From: a virus
Strand: one strand, 5' to 3'
Length of the DNA stretch: 64,000 bases
Virus record (IMG/VR): IMGVR_UViG_3300025082_000005
Coordinates: 7,999 to 71,998 of that record
Positions 59,977 to 64,000 of this stretch are shown one piece after another. The notes beneath the pieces are model-generated. The model did not search any database, had not been told where the DNA came from, and saw only the letters and a program-made list of their open reading frames with translations. Position 1 is the stretch's first letter; every line of letters begins with the position of its first letter. The translations under genes and the position numbers were made by a program.

Positions 59977-61423
59977 TCCCGATATCCTTTAATTGATCTA
60001 TGGAGATCCACTCGAATTCATCTAGTTCAGATGAAGCTCTTTCTAACCACCTTTGCTCCTGTGTCTTCTTATTCTTCCTGTCATCATACATGCATAAGGT
60101 TATTATATAGGCTATCTTCCCTTTCTTCCAACGAATAGTTCTTCCAATCCTTTGAATAGTTTGCCTTGCTTTGGCAGTGAAGGAGAGTATAATAGCAACA
60201 TCGACTTCCTCGATATCTGCTGCTTCGTCCAAGGCTCGAACTGTGTTTAATACGTTAACACCAGATTCTGAATCTTGGAACAAGGCCATATTCTCTTTCT
60301 TAAGCGTAGCAGGGCCAACCGATTTCTCTACTTCCCAGGTACATGCGTAGCCCTCTAGCGTGTCAACTATCTGTAGATTAGTAAGTTTCCTTTCATTCTT
60401 GTTATAGAAGCCTGCTCTGCCCTTGGTGGTTTTCCATACCTTAGTCTTGGTAATGGTTCTAGTTTGGCTTTGAAGCTTACTATGTATAGCGCGAGAGGAA
60501 TCCCCTAATACTTCTGTTAGTTGATCTGCTGTTTCAGTCCACTCAGAGAAGGTAAGGATCTTCTTACCTGGGAATAACTTAACTACCAGATTAGCAATAA
60601 TTACCTTAGATGGGGCCTTTTGTAGGAAACACTTTCGTTCCCTCATAGAATTAAAGGCCCTCTTAGCTAAACCAAAGATTTGATCAGAGTTGCACTTGAA
60701 GATCTCACTATAATAAGCACGTAAGGTCTCTCCATTTGGTCCTCCTTGCATTGATCCTAACACCTCATCCAGACTATAACCAAATGGTTTCCATGTCGAA
60801 TGATACTCGGCATTGATCTCATCTAGCTTATCTCTGTCTTCGTCTGTAAAGGGCAAAGCGAGAAAGTAGGTGTAATGTTCAGCTACATACTCACATTCTC
60901 GGGCTTCCTTCATTGTAACTTGGCCTATACACTTAACTCCCCTAGAATGTAAGAACTTCTTGTGCTTATCTTCTAAGGTTGCTGAGAGGCATAGTAACCA
61001 TCTATTCTTAGTTACATCGATGACACGCCCGAAGAGCTCTGTATCCTCATTGGTGAATCTATGCACTTCATCACAAATAAGTAGATCACATGCCCTAGAT
61101 TTAGCTGGCAAAGCTAAGTAGGTGTGAGCCATCAAGACTCGGATCCGCTTATTGGTACTTCTTTCTTTAACTCCTTTCCATACATCCATAGCTGCATGAT
61201 GAGGAACTACTATGTTAACTATCCGATTGGGGTCCTTCTCGAAGCATCTTGCTATCGCTTTCTCCCCCAATCTTGTCTTTCCGAAGCCCGTCACTGCTAG
61301 GATGTACCCCCGGGCCTTTGCCTTCTGCCAACTTACGAACAGATCTTCTTGCCTCAAGCTTCTTCTGTCGTTCGGTTGGAGTTGCCACCAATTTGGCGAC
61401 AGGCTTAGATAATACTCCTGCAT
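59939..61423 (-). CDS. SF2 (DExH) helicase
   Basis: TGFGKT, CDEVH, LSAT, LDEAAD and IQRIGRTIR. Confidence 0.9.
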   Translation of the reverse strand: MQEYYLSLSPNWWQLQPNDRRSLRQEDLFVSWQKAKARGYILAVTGFGKTRLGEKAIARCFEKDPNRIVNIVVPHHAAMDVWKGVKERSTNKRIRVLMAHTYLALPAKSRACDLLICDEVHRFTNEDTELFGRVIDVTKNRWLLCLSATLEDKHKKFLHSRGVKCIGQVTMKEARECEYVAEHYTYFLALPFTDEDRDKLDEINAEYHSTWKPFGYSLDEVLGSMQGGPNGETLRAYYSEIFKCNSDQIFGLAKRAFNSMRERKCFLQKAPSKVIIANLVVKLFPGKKILTFSEWTETADQLTEVLGDSSRAIHSKLQSQTRTITKTKVWKTTKGRAGFYNKNERKLTNLQIVDTLEGYACTWEVEKSVGPATLKKENMALFQDSESGVNVLNTVRALDEAADIEEVDVAIILSFTAKARQTIQRIGRTIRWKKGKIAYIITLCMYDDRKNKKTQEQRWLERASSELDEFEWISIDQLKDIGNENNKRTDQITA

Positions 61424-61730
61424 TGATTGCTTTCATAAACTGCTTAAACATATCCCGCCACGATTCTCGTAACTCGTCATAGGTGTCCTTTATTTCGTAT
61501 TCCATGCTGAGAGGGATCATAAGTTTCTCTCCTCGCCATAGGTTTGCAAATAATAAGATGTGAGTATCGCTGTGTGGGACTTCTCCAAGTTCTACTTTCC
61601 ATTCAACAGCGTCTCCTCTTGTCATATAATTAAACCTATCACTCAGCTCTTTCCAATGTTGGTGGAATTGAGCTGAGTATAGATTACTCGAAGCTGGACG
61701 TACTTCTCCATATTTCTTTACTTCTTCCAT
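61215..61730 (-). CDS. Hypothetical protein; 3' end overlaps the helicase by 209 nt
   Basis: ATG-started 171-aa ORF in the operon direction. Confidence 0.55.
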   Translation of the reverse strand: MEEVKKYGEVRPASSNLYSAQFHQHWKELSDRFNYMTRGDAVEWKVELGEVPHSDTHILLFANLWRGEKLMIPLSMEYEIKDTYDELRESWRDMFKQFMKAINAGVLSKPVAKLVATPTERQKKLEARRSVRKLAEGKGPGVHPSSDGLRKDKIGGESDSKMLREGPQSDS

Positions 61731-61800
61731 ATCGATTTAATAAAGCGAATAAGTTGTTCTATTAATAGGTAGAATATAAAGAAGGCTCCGAAGAACATGA

Positions 61801-62010
61801 TTAAGACTCCCATAGCTCACAGCCAACCCATGTGCGGCTCCAATTTGCACTAGATAAAGAACATTCCTTTTTCTTTCTACCAGCGACACAAGTATGACAA
61901 GTCTTATTCTTAGGATTATGAAGACACTTATCTTCATGCTTCTTACCTCCTTCCTCAGTACTCCGTACATTGGAGCAGAAATCGCATTTATAACTGGTTA
62001 TCTTTCTCAT
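61801..62010 (-). CDS. Small Cys-rich zinc-finger protein
   Basis: YKCDFC...HEDKC..NP...CHTC...C...C. Confidence 0.65.
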   Translation of the reverse strand: MRKITSYKCDFCSNVRSTEEGGKKHEDKCLHNPKNKTCHTCVAGRKKKECSLSSANWSRTWVGCELWES

Positions 62011-62020
62011 ACTTATTTCT

Positions 62021-62470
62021 TTACATTGCCCATACTTCCATATATATAGTTAAATGTTCATGTTCCTCCTCAGTAAGTGAGAAAGAAACGCTCTTTATAT
62101 ACTTGTTTACATCTACTTCTACTTCTGGTTCTGGCTCTTCTTCTAGTTCACTAAGATCTAATCGTATAGAAGGCCTTACTGTAGTAAGAGGGAAATTAAC
62201 TATACCACAAGCTGCAGGGTTAGCTACTTGGATCCCTGCTTCAGCTAGAAAGTGTAGCTCATACCCATCAGGCTCTTTATCAAGCCCATAAGACTTAGCT
62301 AAAGGGGTTGTCACATTAAGTCCTGCCCACCTTTGTCGATTAAGGCTTCTTCTTACACCTTCTCTGGCTTCCTTTATTGTGTATCCATGATTTAGGATAT
62401 CTTGCTTAAACTTTGGAGCTTTAAGACGCATCTCAAATTCAGCCATACAATTCTCTACAGTAGCTTTCAT
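62021..62470 (-). CDS. Hypothetical protein
   Basis: 149-aa ORF immediately after the polymerase gene. Confidence 0.6.
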   Translation of the reverse strand: MKATVENCMAEFEMRLKAPKFKQDILNHGYTIKEAREGVRRSLNRQRWAGLNVTTPLAKSYGLDKEPDGYELHFLAEAGIQVANPAACGIVNFPLTTVRPSIRLDLSELEEEPEPEVEVDVNKYIKSVSFSLTEEEHEHLTIYMEVWAM

Positions 62471-62472
62471 CG

Positions 62473-64000
62473 TTACTTTGTCCAGGAATTTCGAGTATCA
62501 TAATCAGCATCCATCTTAACTCCATCTAGGTATAAATTGGCTACATATGTCATGCATTCCTTGATGAACAACCCAACAGGAATCCTTTCTTTATCGCTAA
62601 AGGGATTCGTTACGAAATAATTACAAGGATGCTTGTAGATCAATTCATCATGTACAGTACCTAAGAGCGTTAAATCTAAGCCCTGTTCCTTGATCTCTGT
62701 ATCGATGAATACAATGGCTTCCTTTATCATGTCCGATTGCGTACCCTGAATACGCGTGTTCCTAGCTGCTGCCTCTGCTTTAATTTGGTCCAAGAACCTC
62801 ATTAAATGCTTAGGCTCAGCCTTACGATACTCCAAAGGAAAGGGTATATTAGGTACAAACGCTAAAGGATCTTCTCGTTGCATGTGCTTAAGCTGCTTCT
62901 TTGCGTCCATTACTGGCATAAACCATCTACGAGAGTTGGTTCTAGTATTGTGTACTACATACCCATTCTGTAAAGCAAACTTACCGGCACTTTCTACCAT
63001 GTCAAATACATCGGGAATCTCGTTCCTAATGGTCTCAACTACAATCTTTCCTTCATGCTCAGAAACATTTAACTGCTGTCCAGCCTTCTTTCCATGCATT
63101 CCATAGATGGAACCAAAGGTCATAGGCTTGAAAGCAGTTCGTTTATGCTTATTCTGTTTCTTAGAAACATGTAAGTCTTCTGTGTAGTCTTCTCCTCGGG
63201 CCTCATAGATATTCTCCCAACAAATGTTGGCCATATGTGAATGCATGTCCCCTGTAGAGAGTTCAAGCAGCTTCATATCCTTGGCTAAGGAGACCATTAC
63301 GATCAACTCTGCTCCAGATAAATCACAAGTAGTAACCTCATAACCTTCTTCTACACCAAAGCAATGCCTAAACTTTACATCTGCAGGAATATTCTGCATA
63401 TTAGGAAAGCCAGAATTGGCATCTCCAGAGGAGAATCTACCAGTATCTGTCGAACAATGGCGAAATACAGTGTGTATCTTACCAGTTATCTCGTTGATCT
63501 TGCCTAGAAAGCTTTCTCCATACGTAGATAATTGCTTATTTATTCCAGACAATTTAATGTAGTCCAGAAGAAAGGGCTTTAATATCGACTCAGGATTATC
63601 TAATAGATAAGCTTCGAGGAAAGGTACTGCAACAGTTTCTTTGCTTTCTCCTTTCTCAATCTTTATCGGTAAACTTTGCTCCAATACACGAAATAATTCT
63701 TTCATTTGAGCACTTGAAGTATACTGTATATTCACAGGGCTGCTATACTCCGTTTCTTTGGGGGCGCCAAACAGATCAAATTGTTTAACTACTTCTATAT
63801 GTCGCTTACGCGTATACATACGCTTCTTAAGATCTGGACGATGTTCTAGGATTAAGCCTTTAACATGAGCATCCAGGTCTTCAATAAGCTTTGTTTTATT
63901 CTTTTTATTCTCTTCAATTATTACGTTCCATTTCTTCTCATCTAATACAAAGCCTTCTAAATCACAATCTCCCATTATTGTTATTAAGGGAAATTCGATT
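62473..64000 (-). CDS. polA: Family A DNA polymerase, C-terminal part (5' end lies outside the window)
   Basis: TGRFSS, NMQNIP, motif A DLSGAEL, motif B RTAFKPMTFGSIYG, NTRIQGTQSD and motif C VHDEL. Confidence 0.93.
   Translation of the reverse strand, partial: IEFPLITIMGDCDLEGFVLDEKKWNVIIEENKKNKTKLIEDLDAHVKGLILEHRPDLKKRMYTRKRHIEVVKQFDLFGAPKETEYSSPVNIQYTSSAQMKELFRVLEQSLPIKIEKGESKETVAVPFLEAYLLDNPESILKPFLLDYIKLSGINKQLSTYGESFLGKINEITGKIHTVFRHCSTDTGRFSSGDANSGFPNMQNIPADVKFRHCFGVEEGYEVTTCDLSGAELIVMVSLAKDMKLLELSTGDMHSHMANICWENIYEARGEDYTEDLHVSKKQNKHKRTAFKPMTFGSIYGMHGKKAGQQLNVSEHEGKIVVETIRNEIPDVFDMVESAGKFALQNGYVVHNTRTNSRRWFMPVMDAKKQLKHMQREDPLAFVPNIPFPLEYRKAEPKHLMRFLDQIKAEAAARNTRIQGTQSDMIKEAIVFIDTEIKEQGLDLTLLGTVHDELIYKHPCNYFVTNPFSDKERIPVGLFIKECMTYVANLYLDGVKMDADYDTRNSWTK

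Noticed and set aside
1-64000. Stop-codon reassignment (TAG or TGA), which occurs in some crAss-like phages
   Set aside because: Genes tile densely in the standard code, including a 14-kb ORF; TAG and TGA act as real stops at gene junctions; the only tRNA is not a suppressor
15136-64000. Inteins, group I introns or homing endonucleases in the RNAP, helicases or PolA
   Set aside because: Reading frames are continuous and I recognised no splice-junction, LAGLIDADG or HNH motifs (checked by eye only)

Overview
A 64-kb internal segment of a lytic, crAss-like (Crassvirales-type) dsDNA phage read in the standard genetic code, probably infecting a Bacteroidota host. It has two convergent arms. The + arm (1-43.9 kb) is the late/virion module: ring, auxiliary capsid and muzzle proteins, cargo proteins, a single 4.7-kaa virion RNA polymerase polyprotein (DYDID motif, two zincin motifs), tail fibres and spikes, a lysis cassette, a GT25 glycosyltransferase and one tRNA-Met(CAU). 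The - arm (64-44 kb) is the replication and nucleotide module: PolA, SF2 helicase, DnaB-like helicase, AAA ATPase, SSB, primase, RusA-like and FEN-like nucleases, dNMP kinase, ThyX, MazG-like protein, a variant UNG and an Hc1-like protein. The most striking element sits directly after the primase: an apparently complete phage-encoded ubiquitin-like conjugation cassette (Ubl ending in Gly76 fused to a SAP domain, an E2-like protein, a JAB/JAMM peptidase, a ThiF/E1 and a coupled unknown ORF), with an intrinsic terminator between the Ubl and the enzymes. All calls come from motif reading and synteny; no searches were run.
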